A stretch of DNA of 64,000 nucleotides. It comes from Vulcanimicrobiota bacterium. Its GTDB lineage: Bacteria; Vulcanimicrobiota; Vulcanimicrobiia; Vulcanimicrobiales; Vulcanimicrobiaceae. The notes beneath the pieces were generated by a model, which saw only the letters and a list, made by a program, of their open reading frames with translations, did no database searches and was not told where the DNA came from. Each line of letters opens with the position of its first letter. The first letter of the stretch is position 1. Positions 48,203-58,449 of this stretch are shown here, piece by piece. The position numbers and the translations under genes were made by a program. The stretch lies in assembly GCA_963719905.1 (NCBI GenBank), contig CAVRDR010000007.1, forward strand, positions 21,386 through 85,385, read 5' to 3'.

Positions 48203-48374
48203 AACGTCCCTTCGGGAATCGAGTAATGCCCCACACCCTTGTGGCAGACAGCCCCTGATTATAGCCAGCGAGCCGGTCGTCGCGCAAGCGCCTTGCGAGG
48301 AGCCTCAGGCGATTCTGACGGCGGGGATGCATGCGGAGGCCGCCGTAACTTGCTGAAGCTTGAGCGTTTCGAGT

Positions 48375-49631
48375 ATGCAGCCGCCCGGTCGCCGACGCGT
48401 CGTCGTGACGGGGTTGGGAGCGGTTACCCCCGTCGGCAACACCCGTGAAGAGTTCTGGAGGCGCCTGATTGCCGGCGAATCGGGCATTGCTCCGATCACG
48501 GCTTTTGACGCCAGTGATTTTGACACGCGCATCGCCGGCGAGGTCAAGGATTTCAATCCGGAGCAGCTGATCGGGCGAAAGGAAGCCCGGCGGATGGACC
48601 GCTTCACCCAGTTTGCCTTCGTCGCCGCGCGCGAAGCGATCGCGGATGCCCGACTTCCCGACGACGCAGAGTTCAAGCAGCGCGTCGGCGGCGTCGTCGG
48701 CACCGGCATCGGTGGGATCATCACCTTTTGGCTGAACTCCGACAAGGCGAACGAGAACGGAACCTGGGCGAAGGTCACGCCGTTCTTCATACCGATGCTG
48801 ATGGCCAACGCGGCGCCGGCGCATATTTCGATGGCGTTCGGCTACCAAGGCCCGTTCTTTGCGGCAGCGAGCGCGTGCGCGAGCGCGAACGATGCGATCT
48901 GCACTGCATTCAACGCAATCGCGTATGGCGATGCGATCGCAATGATCGCGGGTGGAAGTGAGGCCACGGTTTCGCCTCTGGCGATCGGCGGGTTCTGTTC
49001 GATGCGCGCAATGTCGACTCGCAATGACGATCCGGCGCGAGCGAGCCGTCCGTTCGATCGCGAACGCGACGGGTTCGTCCTCGGCGAAGGTGCCGGTATC
49101 CTGGTACTCGAGGAGTACGAGCACGCGCGGTCGCGGGGCGCGTCAATCTACTGCGAGCTGCTCGGCTACGGACAATCCTCCGATGCGTACGATATCGTCG
49201 CACCGGATCCGGCCGGCAATGGGGTACGCTTGGCCTTCGCGCGCGCCTTTGCCAGCGCGGCCATCGAGCCGAACGATGTCGATTACATCAACGCGCATGG
49301 AACCTCGACGCCGGTGGGCGACCCTGCGGAATCGAAGGCGATCGAAAGGACATTCGGCGAGCACGCCTACAAAATCGGAGTCAGTTCCACCAAGTCGATG
49401 CACGGCCACGCGCTCGGTGCAGCGGGCGGGATCGAAGGCGTCGCTACCGCACTCGCCGTTGCCCGCGACACGATGCCACCGACGACGAACTACGAGTTTC
49501 CCGACCCCGAATGCACCCTTGACTACGTTCCGAACGTCGCCCGCCGCGCGCCGGTACGCACCGCTCTCTCCAACTCGTTTGGCTTCGGCGGTCACAACAG
49601 CGTCATCGTCTTCGGCAAAGTGCGGGCCTAG
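48375..49631 (+). CDS. fabF: 3-oxoacyl-ACP synthase II (KAS II)
   Basis: RRVVVTGLGAVTPVGN, active-site region AASACASANDAI, HGTSTPVGD, GHALGAAGG. ATG 48375 is preferred over track TTG 48360. Confidence 0.9.
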   Translation: MQPPGRRRVVVTGLGAVTPVGNTREEFWRRLIAGESGIAPITAFDASDFDTRIAGEVKDFNPEQLIGRKEARRMDRFTQFAFVAAREAIADARLPDDAEFKQRVGGVVGTGIGGIITFWLNSDKANENGTWAKVTPFFIPMLMANAAPAHISMAFGYQGPFFAAASACASANDAICTAFNAIAYGDAIAMIAGGSEATVSPLAIGGFCSMRAMSTRNDDPARASRPFDRERDGFVLGEGAGILVLEEYEHARSRGASIYCELLGYGQSSDAYDIVAPDPAGNGVRLAFARAFASAAIEPNDVDYINAHGTSTPVGDPAESKAIERTFGEHAYKIGVSSTKSMHGHALGAAGGIEGVATALAVARDTMPPTTNYEFPDPECTLDYVPNVARRAPVRTALSNSFGFGGHNSVIVFGKVRA

Positions 49632-49636
49632 GAGAG

Positions 49637-50350
49637 ATGAGCGAGGAGAACTACCGCCGGCGCCTGCGCGCCGTGCTTCGGCTTGCGGGAGTCCGTAGAG
49701 CAGAAGACGCGAGTGGGTTCGAGCAGGCCTTCGTGCATCAGAGCTACGCCAAGGAACGAGGTGGCGCCTCAAACGACCGGATGGAGTTTCTCGGTGATTC
49801 CGTGCTCGGTTGTATCGCCGCCGGCTGGCTTTTCGAACGCTTCGCCGAAGAGCCCGAAGGCCTGCTCACCCTGCGCAAGGCAGCGATCGTCAACGATGCG
49901 CAGCTTGCGCGCACGGCGCGACGTCTGGGCCTAGGAGCATTGATCCGGCTGGGCGTGGGAATGGCGGGCGCCGGCGGCGCGGAGAACACGTCGGTCTTGG
50001 CCGATGCGTTCGAAGCGCTCGTCGGCGCGCTCTACGTTCGTTTTGGTCTTGAAAAGGCGCGAAAGTTCGTAATCGCTCAGCATATCGAGCAACTCGATCA
50101 TTCGTCGGATGCATTGCTCGATGCAAAGACGCGATTGCAGCACTACACGCAAGAGCATCTCGCCGCCACTCCAGTGTATCGTGAGACGAGCCGGGGCACC
50201 GCGCAACGTCCCGCCTTCAAATCGCGCGTGAGCGTGAATGGCAAGACCTTGGGTAAAGGCGAGGGCTCCTCTAAGAAAGCCGCGCAGCAGGCCGCCGCCG
50301 AAGCGGCCTTGCTCTCCATCGCAGGCAACAGCGCCGCGGCCGGCTCATGA
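49637..50350 (+). CDS. rnc: Ribonuclease III
   Basis: 237 aa. RNase III signature NDRMEFLGDSVLG and C-terminal dsRBD (GSSKKAAQQAAAEAAL). Confidence 0.9.
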   Translation: MSEENYRRRLRAVLRLAGVRRAEDASGFEQAFVHQSYAKERGGASNDRMEFLGDSVLGCIAAGWLFERFAEEPEGLLTLRKAAIVNDAQLARTARRLGLGALIRLGVGMAGAGGAENTSVLADAFEALVGALYVRFGLEKARKFVIAQHIEQLDHSSDALLDAKTRLQHYTQEHLAATPVYRETSRGTAQRPAFKSRVSVNGKTLGKGEGSSKKAAQQAAAEAALLSIAGNSAAAGS

Positions 50351-53300
50351 AGCTCAATCACATTCGATCCTTCGGCTTCAAGACGTTTGCCGAACCGACG
50401 ACCCTCGAATTCGGCAACGGCGTCACCGCAATCGTCGGTCCGAACGGATCGGGAAAATCGAACTTAGTCGACGCGTTTCGGTGGGTCTTGGGTGAGACGT
50501 CGAGCAAGAGCCTGCGCGGCCGAGCGCTCGAGGACGTGATTTTTTCCGGGAACGAGATACGTAAGCCGCTCGGCCTAGCCGAGGTTTCCATTCTCTTCGA
50601 CAACGCCGATCGGAAGTTACCGATCGATTTCGCCGAGGTCGAGATAACGCGCCGTGCCTATCGCGTCGGCGAAAGCGAATACTTCATCAACAGCGCGCAA
50701 GTACGGTTGCGCGACATTTTGGACCTGTTGATGGGCACCGGTCTTGGACCGGGTTCGTACGCGATCGTCTCGCAGGGCCAGATCGACGCCATTCTTACGA
50801 GCAAACCCGTCGAACGTCGCGCGCTCTTTGAGGAGACCGCCGGCATCGGTAAATTTCTTTCGCGCAAGCACGAATCGATGCGGCGTCTGGAACGGACCGA
50901 GCAAAATGCAATTCGCATCAGCGACCTGATTGCCGAACTCGAGCGGCGGGTGCCGGAGCTGGAGACGCAAATGCGGCGAGCGCGTCGATATCGTCGGGTC
51001 AGTACGCGCGTGCGCGACTTGGAGATCCTCGCGTACCTGCGGGCCAGCGCGACCCGGCGAGCCGAGTGCGCCACGCTGCGCGAGGAGATCGGGAGAAACG
51101 AGGAGCAGCGAGGCGCGGCTGCATCGAAAGCCGCTTCGCTCGGCGGCGAGGTGACGCGATTGCGTACGCAGCTCTATCGTTGCGAGCTGCAGCTCGAAGA
51201 GCTGCGCTCCCAAGCTCAGAGTAAGCGCAGCGACCTCGCTAGACTCGAGGCGCAGTACGCTGCCGCGCTGGCGCGGAGGGAAGCGCTCGAGCGACAATCG
51301 ACGCAAACGTCACAGGACGTGCAACGCGTCACCCAAGAGCGCGAATCGCTGGTTGCGGCAATTGCGGCGCGCGAAGAGCAAATCGAGCCGCTCGCGCAGG
51401 AAATCGAAGCATCGCGCCAGCGTGAACTGGCCGCCGCCGCAACGCTCGGGCAGGCGCGCGCGAACCTCGACGCCATCTTCACGGCGCTGCGCGAGTTCGA
51501 GTCCGTCGCTGCGCAGCTTTTGGCGCGCAAAGCGGAACGGCGCGTACAGGCGCAGAGTTTGCGCGCTGAGGCGGAGCGTCTGGAGACCGAAGAGCGAACG
51601 GCGCGCGAGCGGGCCGAGCACATCGAGATCGCGGCTGGGGGTGCGTCGCACCGTCACGATGAACGCCGGCGTCAAGTCGAAGCGGGTGAGGAAGAGTTGC
51701 TCGATGCACGCGGACGCGCCGAGGATGCCTCCCGCGATGCGACGCTTGGTCAGCAGGAAGTAACGCGCGCGCTCGCCGCGCACCGCGACCAATCCGTCGA
51801 AGTCAAAGCCGCCGAATCGCGTCTTCACGTCATCGAGGAGCTTGAGAACTCGCTCGAGGGCCACGTCCCCGGTACTCGCGCGATCGTCGACGCGTGGCAG
51901 CGCGATGAGCTCCGCGGCATCGAAGGCATCGTCTCCAATCTCATCACGACCGACGAACGGTACGCACGGGCAATGGACGTAGCGTTCGGAGTACGGCTCT
52001 CCAACGTCGTTACCACCACCTCGGAAGATTCCGAACGGTGCGTCGAATTTCTCAACCGGAAGGAGGCGGGGCGCGCCACATTTTTGCCGCTCGATACGCT
52101 CGCGAACCGGGAAGGGCGTCGCCTCAGCGACCAGCTCGCCGGGTTACCGGGTGTGCTGGGCTATGCGCACACACTCGTGCGCACCGCCCCGCGATTCGCG
52201 GGCATCGTCAATTTTCTCGTCGGAAACGTCCTGATCGTCACGACGCTGCAGGTGGGAATCGAACTGGTTCGCGGGCGAGGTCTGCGCGATACGATCGTGA
52301 CGCTAGGCGGCGAGCAAATCACGGGGGGCGGCGCAATCACGGGGGGACGGTTTGCGCGCGAGCGCTCAATCCTCTCACGCCGATTCCAGGCGGCGAGCCT
52401 GCGCGACGGGCTGGTCGGAATGCGAGCGAAACTCGAAGAAGCGGAGCGCGGTTTGCGTGCCGCGCATCTGCGTGCCGACGCTGCGATCGGTACGCGAGAT
52501 GCTGCCCGGGAGCGTCTGGGCCGCATCGAATCGCAGCTGGTGGGGTTGCGGGCAGAACGCAGCGCGCTGGGATCCGAGGTCAAGCGCATGCACGGCGATT
52601 TGGAGACGGCTCGCGCGGCGGCGATGGAACTGCGCGCGCGGGCGGTGCGATGCCGCGAGCTCGAACGCGAGCACGAGCGCGAAGAGCCGACGGCCCAGCG
52701 GGGCGAAGACGAACGAATCCGGCTTGAAATGGAGTTGGCGCGCGTGCGCGAGGAAATCGTTAGTGCCGAAGCGGCGCAAACGTCAGTTAACGCGCAGGGT
52801 ACCCGGCTTCGGGAGCGAGCGGCGGCGCTCACCGCGGAGCGTGACGCGTCGAAAGCGCGCCTTGCGATGCTCGATCAGGACAGCGAACGCGGCGGACTCG
52901 CCCGCGAAGAGATGCTCGCGCAGATCTCGGGACTGATGGAAGAAACCCGGCGCAGCCACGCGCACGTCGAGGGGCTTCGCAACGGCGTCACCACGCTCGA
53001 TTCGCAGCTCGAAGCGGTTCGCCGCGAGCGCGAGGAGCTTGCCGCGCGTCAGACGCAGCTCGAATCCGAGCTGCGTGCGGCCGAGCAGCAGGAGCGCGAG
53101 ACGACAACGGGGGGCGAGCGTCATCGCACGCGGCTCGCCCAAGTCGAGGCAGAGCTCGGGATGCTCGTTTCGCAGTTCGCACAAAATCCCGCGACCAACG
53201 ACGAGTGTGCCGACGTCGAGAGACGTTATCGAGACGAGCCCGCCGCGGTCGTGGAGGAACTGCCGCGCCTGCGCGACGAGCTCGGACGCCTGCAGTCCAA

Positions 53301-53910
53301 CGTCAACCTCAACGCCGAATCCGAGCGCGGCGAGGTTGCGGAGCGGCAGCGGTTTTTGCGCGACCAGCTCGACGACCTCACCGAAGCTCGGGAAACGCTG
53401 CTCGATTCGATTCGCGAGATCGAGCGTGAGACGCAAACGCAGTTCAATGAGACCTTCGCGCGCGTATCAGAGTCCTTTTCGGTGATGTACGGACGGCTTT
53501 TCGCGGGCGGCGAGGCAAAGATGTGGCAGACGCAGCCCGAGAATCTTTCCGAGACGGGCATCGAGATTGCGGTGCGTCCTCCGGGCAAGAAAGCCATGCC
53601 GCTTGCAGCGCTCTCGGGCGGCGAGCGTGCGATGACGGCAGCGGCCTTGATCTTTGCGCTGATCGCGACCAAACCGGCGCCCTTCTATCTTCTCGACGAA
53701 GTAGATGCCGCGCTAGACGACGCCAACATCGACCGCTTCTGCGCGATGATCCGGGAATTCGCGGTGGATTCGCAGATGCTCATCGTCACGCACAATAAAA
53801 AGACGATGGAGATGGCCGATCGGATCTACGGCGTCACGACTCGCGATTCAGGCGTGAGCGCGATCGTCTCGGCCGAGCTCGTGCGCGAAGCTGTGACCGC
53901 ACTTGCCTGA
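50347..53910 (+). CDS. smc: Chromosome condensation protein SMC
   Basis: 1187 aa. Walker A GPNGSGKSN, long coiled coils, hinge (...GIEGIVSNLI...), signature LSGGERAM, Walker B FYLLDEVDAALD. Confidence 0.95.
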   Translation: MKLNHIRSFGFKTFAEPTTLEFGNGVTAIVGPNGSGKSNLVDAFRWVLGETSSKSLRGRALEDVIFSGNEIRKPLGLAEVSILFDNADRKLPIDFAEVEITRRAYRVGESEYFINSAQVRLRDILDLLMGTGLGPGSYAIVSQGQIDAILTSKPVERRALFEETAGIGKFLSRKHESMRRLERTEQNAIRISDLIAELERRVPELETQMRRARRYRRVSTRVRDLEILAYLRASATRRAECATLREEIGRNEEQRGAAASKAASLGGEVTRLRTQLYRCELQLEELRSQAQSKRSDLARLEAQYAAALARREALERQSTQTSQDVQRVTQERESLVAAIAAREEQIEPLAQEIEASRQRELAAAATLGQARANLDAIFTALREFESVAAQLLARKAERRVQAQSLRAEAERLETEERTARERAEHIEIAAGGASHRHDERRRQVEAGEEELLDARGRAEDASRDATLGQQEVTRALAAHRDQSVEVKAAESRLHVIEELENSLEGHVPGTRAIVDAWQRDELRGIEGIVSNLITTDERYARAMDVAFGVRLSNVVTTTSEDSERCVEFLNRKEAGRATFLPLDTLANREGRRLSDQLAGLPGVLGYAHTLVRTAPRFAGIVNFLVGNVLIVTTLQVGIELVRGRGLRDTIVTLGGEQITGGGAITGGRFARERSILSRRFQAASLRDGLVGMRAKLEEAERGLRAAHLRADAAIGTRDAARERLGRIESQLVGLRAERSALGSEVKRMHGDLETARAAAMELRARAVRCRELEREHEREEPTAQRGEDERIRLEMELARVREEIVSAEAAQTSVNAQGTRLRERAAALTAERDASKARLAMLDQDSERGGLAREEMLAQISGLMEETRRSHAHVEGLRNGVTTLDSQLEAVRREREELAARQTQLESELRAAEQQERETTTGGERHRTRLAQVEAELGMLVSQFAQNPATNDECADVERRYRDEPAAVVEELPRLRDELGRLQSNVNLNAESERGEVAERQRFLRDQLDDLTEARETLLDSIREIERETQTQFNETFARVSESFSVMYGRLFAGGEAKMWQTQPENLSETGIEIAVRPPGKKAMPLAALSGGERAMTAAALIFALIATKPAPFYLLDEVDAALDDANIDRFCAMIREFAVDSQMLIVTHNKKTMEMADRIYGVTTRDSGVSAIVSAELVREAVTALA

Positions 53911-55486
53911 CGCCTCGCCGCTCAGGCGAAAGGCCGCGCTCTTTTCGCTTTCGGACAAAACCGGCGCAGCCGAACTCGCGCGCGCGCTGCACGCTCGTGA
54001 CATCAACATCTATGCAACCGGTGGAACGCGCGCTTTTTTGGAAGAGCGCGGCGTGCCGGCGCACGACGTGGAAGAGCTCACCGGCTTTCCGGCGCTCTTC
54101 GAGGGCCGCGTGAAGACGCTGCATCCCAAAGTCTTCGGCGCGATTCTCTATGACCGGGCGCAGGCCGAGCACCTGATGCAGGCTCAAACATACGCGATTC
54201 CGGAGATCGTTACGGTTGCGGTCAACCTCTATCCATTTGAAGCGACTGTAGCTCGCGATTCGGCTACCCTCAGCGAGGCGATCGAACAGATCGACGTGGG
54301 CGGCGTCGCGTTGCTTCGAGCGGCTGCAAAGAATTTCGAGCACGTTGCCGTGCTCACCCACCCCTCGCAATACGCAGAGTACCGCGCTGCGATCGAAGCG
54401 AATGACGTGCCGGCGCCGCTGCGCCGCAAGCTCGCGATTGCGGCCTTCGAACGCACCGCCGAATACGACGTGGCGATCTCCCATTATCTTGCCACCGCCG
54501 GAGAGGTGCTGCCGAGCGATTTGCCGGGCGCGCTGGCGCTGGCACTTCCCCTTGCTAAGCGCCTGCGGTACGGTACGAATCCCCAAGAGCGGGCGGCGTT
54601 CTATGTGGATCGGATCGAACGGCTGCCCGAACAGCTGCACGGCAAGGCGCTATCGTATAATAATCTGCTCGACCTGGATGCGACGCTTCGGCTTCTCTCC
54701 CGTGCGACGTTCGGTGCGAGTTTCGTCAGCGACCACGCTCGTTTCGTACGCGCGGCCGTTGTAAAGCACGCGGTTCCATGCGGGGTCGCGCAGCGATCGA
54801 GTGTCGCCGTCGCGGTGCGCCAAGCTCTTCTCGCTGACCCGGTTTCCGCGTATGGCGGCATCGTGGCTGCCGACGCCCCCGTCGACCGGGAGGCGGCATC
54901 CTCGCTGAGTGAGTTTTTCCTGGAGATGGTTGCCGCGCCCGATTTTGACTCCGATGCGCTCGAGATTCTCGAGAAAAAAAAGAGCTTGCGCATCATGCGG
55001 TTCCATCGAGCGCTACCGGACGAGCTGGCGAACGAGCTGCGCCTTCGAAGCGCGCTCGGCGGCGTGCTTGCCGAGGATGACGATCCCGATGCGCCTACGG
55101 AAAAGTGGCGAGTCGTCAGCAGGCGGCAGCCCAAGGCACAAGAGTGGCACGACCTCGCCTTCGCATGGGACGTCGTGCGGCACGTGAAGAGCAACGGAAT
55201 CGTCATCGTCAAAGGGGGTACGACGCGCGGGATTTGCGCCGGGCAGACCAACCGCGTAAGCGCAGTCCAGATCGCCGCGCAGCGCGCGGGCGCGCAGGCG
55301 CGCGGGGCGGCGTGCGCCAGCGATGGGTTCTTTCCCTTTGCGGACGGCTTGGAGGCCGCCGTTGAGAGCGGTTGCACCGCGATCATCGCACCGGGCGGAT
55401 CGATTCGCGATGAAGAAGTCATCGCGGCCGCCGACCGCCGCGGCACCGCATTAGTCTTTTCGACGTATCGATATTTTGCACACTGA
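53903..55486 (+). CDS. purH: Bifunctional AICAR transformylase / IMP cyclohydrolase PurH
   Basis: 527 aa. ALFSLSDKTG, GRVKTLHPKV, SNGIVIVKGG, APGGSIRDEEVI, ...TYRYFAH. Confidence 0.95.
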   Translation: MPDASPLRRKAALFSLSDKTGAAELARALHARDINIYATGGTRAFLEERGVPAHDVEELTGFPALFEGRVKTLHPKVFGAILYDRAQAEHLMQAQTYAIPEIVTVAVNLYPFEATVARDSATLSEAIEQIDVGGVALLRAAAKNFEHVAVLTHPSQYAEYRAAIEANDVPAPLRRKLAIAAFERTAEYDVAISHYLATAGEVLPSDLPGALALALPLAKRLRYGTNPQERAAFYVDRIERLPEQLHGKALSYNNLLDLDATLRLLSRATFGASFVSDHARFVRAAVVKHAVPCGVAQRSSVAVAVRQALLADPVSAYGGIVAADAPVDREAASSLSEFFLEMVAAPDFDSDALEILEKKKSLRIMRFHRALPDELANELRLRSALGGVLAEDDDPDAPTEKWRVVSRRQPKAQEWHDLAFAWDVVRHVKSNGIVIVKGGTTRGICAGQTNRVSAVQIAAQRAGAQARGAACASDGFFPFADGLEAAVESGCTAIIAPGGSIRDEEVIAAADRRGTALVFSTYRYFAH

Positions 55487-55503
55487 TCTTTTGGAGTAAC
55501 CCG

Positions 55504-55887
55504 ATGCCACGATTCTTACACACCTCGATCTTCGTCAACGATATGAAAGAGTCAATCGACTTCTATACCTTAAAGCTGGGATTGCGGCTGCTCGACGGTC
55601 CGCATCATTATCCTGGAAATGCGGATATGGCCTTTGTCGGCCGCGATTGGAACGCGTACATCGAGCTCGTCTACGATCTGGAAGCACATCCGCCGTACGA
55701 CCTCGGAAACCGCTACGAACATCTCGCACTCGAGGTCGATGGCGACCTTCGCGCGTACGTCGACGGGCTCAAAGCGAAGGAAGTGCGGATCCTCAAGGAT
55801 GTGTACAAATCGCCGAGCGGGACGCGCGCTATCGCATTCGTCGAGGATCCCAACGGGATCCCGGTCGAGCTGTTGGAGCCCCGCTGA
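55504..55887 (+). CDS. VOC-family protein (lactoylglutathione lyase-like)
   Basis: 127 aa. FLHTSIFVNDMKESIDFY, YEHLALEV, AFVEDPNGIPVELLE. Confidence 0.75.
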   Translation: MPRFLHTSIFVNDMKESIDFYTLKLGLRLLDGPHHYPGNADMAFVGRDWNAYIELVYDLEAHPPYDLGNRYEHLALEVDGDLRAYVDGLKAKEVRILKDVYKSPSGTRAIAFVEDPNGIPVELLEPR

Positions 55888-55969
55888 ATTCAGAAGTACC
55901 GTTTACCGACGAGCCGTTCGTGACACCTATAGTTCATCGCGGCGAGATCGAGAAGCGCGGATGCGCCCT

Positions 55970-57112
55970 TCAACGGTAAATAAATGGGTCTGTCGGCGCT
56001 GCCACGCGATCCGTCCTCTGCGGAGCCAGGCGAAGGTTGCCGTGGTCGCTTTCGATTCGACCGTCGATGCGCAGCCAGGTGCCTACCGGATACGGCACGG
56101 AGCGTTCGAGTTGCACCGCAACGGGAGCTGCATCGGCTCGGCAACACGTAATCGCGTACCGCACGACGGAGCTCGTGCCCGCGTCGCGCGCGAGCACGCC
56201 GGTAAATGTCAAGTGCTCGCCGGCAAAGAGATTCTCCAGCGTCGTTTCCGTTGCGTGATATTGCGGCGCCGGGGCGCCGACCAGCGCTCCAAAGAGCATC
56301 AGTAACGGGGCCGCCCTGGCCCCAGGCGAGCGTGAGCGCGGATGTCTTCCCGCGTAGAGGAGTGCCCCGCACGCGCAGCATCCCAGCGCGGCCGTAAACC
56401 CGGGATGCACGAGCGAATCCCCGTGCCGCCAGGCTACGATGCCGAGGGCGGCAGCGAGCAACGCATAAGCAAAGGTATCGTGGCCGGCCCAGCCATGCGA
56501 CGCGCGCTGCAAGGCTCGCAGATCGATGATTCCCGCTACGCAGAGAAACGCTACCGCGGCCACAGGAGCGCGAACCCGTAAGGCACCCGCGAGCGCCACC
56601 GCGCCGAGTCCGCAGGGCGAAGCCGTGAATCCCAATGCGGCGCCCGCCAACGCGCTCCCGATCTTCGAGAGACGCGCGGGATCGAAGCCGGCGCAGAACT
56701 GCATCGCCGCGCCCGCGAGCAGCGCGGCCTGCAGAATTCCGGCAAGTTCGCCGAGCACGTTGGGGGCCTCGTCACTGTGGATTTCATGAATGCGCGTCCC
56801 CCGGTGTAGGATCCGAGCGACGAGCAGCGCTGCAAGATAACGAGCGACTGCAACGGCCGGCCCGAAGACGACCCACGTAGCTGCGGCGGCAGGAAGCGAA
56901 CGTGCCGAAGGGCCGACTCCGCAACCGCACCCGAGATACTCCATGAGGCGAGAGCGTCTTCGCAGGACGTGCGCGAGAAGTACGCCTGCAAACAAGAACG
57001 GCGTTGCTTCGAAGAATGCGCTCGCGGACGCGGTGAGCGCGGAGCGGACGGTATCGGGAGAAAACGTTATTGCGAGCGCCGCAGTCGCGACTCCAAAGAG
57101 CAGGTTGCGCAC
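55970..57112 (-). CDS. Putative permease (COG0701-like, GCGCG / SPCGLG motifs) fused to a DUF1980/TIGR03943-like C-terminal domain
   Basis: 380 aa. About 260 aa polytopic hydrophobic region, then a soluble tail with VVRYAITCCRADAAPVAV, the CC-x-AD signature I associate with DUF1980. Confidence 0.5.
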   Translation of the reverse strand: MRNLLFGVATAALAITFSPDTVRSALTASASAFFEATPFLFAGVLLAHVLRRRSRLMEYLGCGCGVGPSARSLPAAAATWVVFGPAVAVARYLAALLVARILHRGTRIHEIHSDEAPNVLGELAGILQAALLAGAAMQFCAGFDPARLSKIGSALAGAALGFTASPCGLGAVALAGALRVRAPVAAVAFLCVAGIIDLRALQRASHGWAGHDTFAYALLAAALGIVAWRHGDSLVHPGFTAALGCCACGALLYAGRHPRSRSPGARAAPLLMLFGALVGAPAPQYHATETTLENLFAGEHLTFTGVLARDAGTSSVVRYAITCCRADAAPVAVQLERSVPYPVGTWLRIDGRIESDHGNLRLAPQRTDRVAAPTDPFIYR

Positions 57113-57174
57113 GCGAAACCATCACGCGTATCCGCGCAATGGCTAGCCTGACGTTTGGCGAAGCTGAGCGGGTC

Positions 57175-58449
57175 ATGTCTGAAAAGTTGACCGCGCCGCG
57201 CGGCACCTCGGATCTCTACCCTCCCGAATCGGCTCGCTGGAACGCCCTCGAAGCGCGCATTCAAACGCTCGCGACTCGCTATGGTTACGGTGAGATTCGC
57301 ACGCCGCTCTTTGAGTCGACCGAGCTCTTCGTGCGCAGCGTCGGCGAACAAACAGACATCGTCGAAAAAGAGATGTATACGTTTACCGACCGTGGCGGAC
57401 GCTCGCTCACGCTCCGTCCCGAATGGACGGCGCCCGTCGTGCGGGCCGCGCTCGAACACCACCTCTTTGCAGCAGGTCCGCTGCGGCTCTATTACATCGG
57501 ACCCATTTTTCGATACGAGCGTCCGCAAAGGGGACGTTATCGGCAGTCGCATCAGTTTGGCGTCGAGTGCTTCGGGTTCGCCGGTCCGGAGGCGGACCTG
57601 GAAGTGATTTCGCTAGCTTGGGAGCTCGTACAAAGCTACGGGATCGCAGACGCCACGCTCAATGTAAATTCGCTCGGCGACGAGCGCTGTCGCCCGGCCT
57701 ATCGCAAGGCGCTGCTGGAATATTTTCGTCCGAACCTCGGCGCGATGAGCGAAGGCGCCCGCGAGCGAGCGCAACGCAATCCACTGCGCTTGCTCGACAG
57801 TAAGGACGCGGCCGATATTCCGTATATCGAGCGCGCGCCGGTTCTCGAGTCATTTCTGTGCGCGGCGTGCCGCGAACATTTCGCGGCCCTCACGTCGTAT
57901 CTCGACTTGGCGAAGATTCCGTACGTCGTCAATCCGAGAATCGTTCGTGGAATCGATTACTACGACCGAACGGTCTTCGAAATCACTTCGAGCGCGCTCG
58001 GGGCGCAGAGCAGCGTCTGCGGCGGCGGCCGGTACGACGGCCTGGTGGCTTCCCTGGGCGGCCCTGACGTGCCAGGCGTCGGCTTCGCACTGGGCATGGA
58101 ACGCTTCCTTATGATGCTGGAGGCTCGCGGAGATTCCGATGTGCCGGCACGACGCGGCATTCAAGCGGTGGCGCTGGGCGCGCAAGCGCGGACGATTCTC
58201 GTGCCGATCGTGGCGGAGCTGCGGCGCAGGCTCCGTGCGCCGACCTTTGTCGATTACCAGGACCGCAAGCTTCTCGCGCACCTGAAAATCGCCGACCGTA
58301 ACCGCGCGCGCTATGCGCTCGTCGTCGGCAGCGAAGAGCTCGCCTCGGGCGAGCTCGTGCTGCGCGACCTCGAGCGCCGAAGCGACCGACGCCTGCCGCT
58401 TGGCGAGCCAAGAGTCGTTGTGGAGCTTCTCGTAGAAGCGGGTCTGTGA
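57175..58449 (+). CDS. hisS: Histidine--tRNA ligase
   Basis: Trimmed to ATG 57175 (MSEKLTAPRGTSDLYP). Class II motifs FRYERPQRGRYRQSHQFG and GGGRYDGL. Confidence 0.93.
   Translation: MSEKLTAPRGTSDLYPPESARWNALEARIQTLATRYGYGEIRTPLFESTELFVRSVGEQTDIVEKEMYTFTDRGGRSLTLRPEWTAPVVRAALEHHLFAAGPLRLYYIGPIFRYERPQRGRYRQSHQFGVECFGFAGPEADLEVISLAWELVQSYGIADATLNVNSLGDERCRPAYRKALLEYFRPNLGAMSEGARERAQRNPLRLLDSKDAADIPYIERAPVLESFLCAACREHFAALTSYLDLAKIPYVVNPRIVRGIDYYDRTVFEITSSALGAQSSVCGGGRYDGLVASLGGPDVPGVGFALGMERFLMMLEARGDSDVPARRGIQAVALGAQARTILVPIVAELRRRLRAPTFVDYQDRKLLAHLKIADRNRARYALVVGSEELASGELVLRDLERRSDRRLPLGEPRVVVELLVEAGL

Noticed and set aside
48203-48374. rpmH-fabF divergent spacer as an alternative oriC, since gene orientation also diverges here.
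   Set aside because: It is only ~160 bp and not AT-rich. The best DnaA-box-like 9-mers (TCTGCCACA, TGCCCCACA) have 3 mismatches. The dnaA-proximal region has a perfect box and three 1-2-mismatch boxes.
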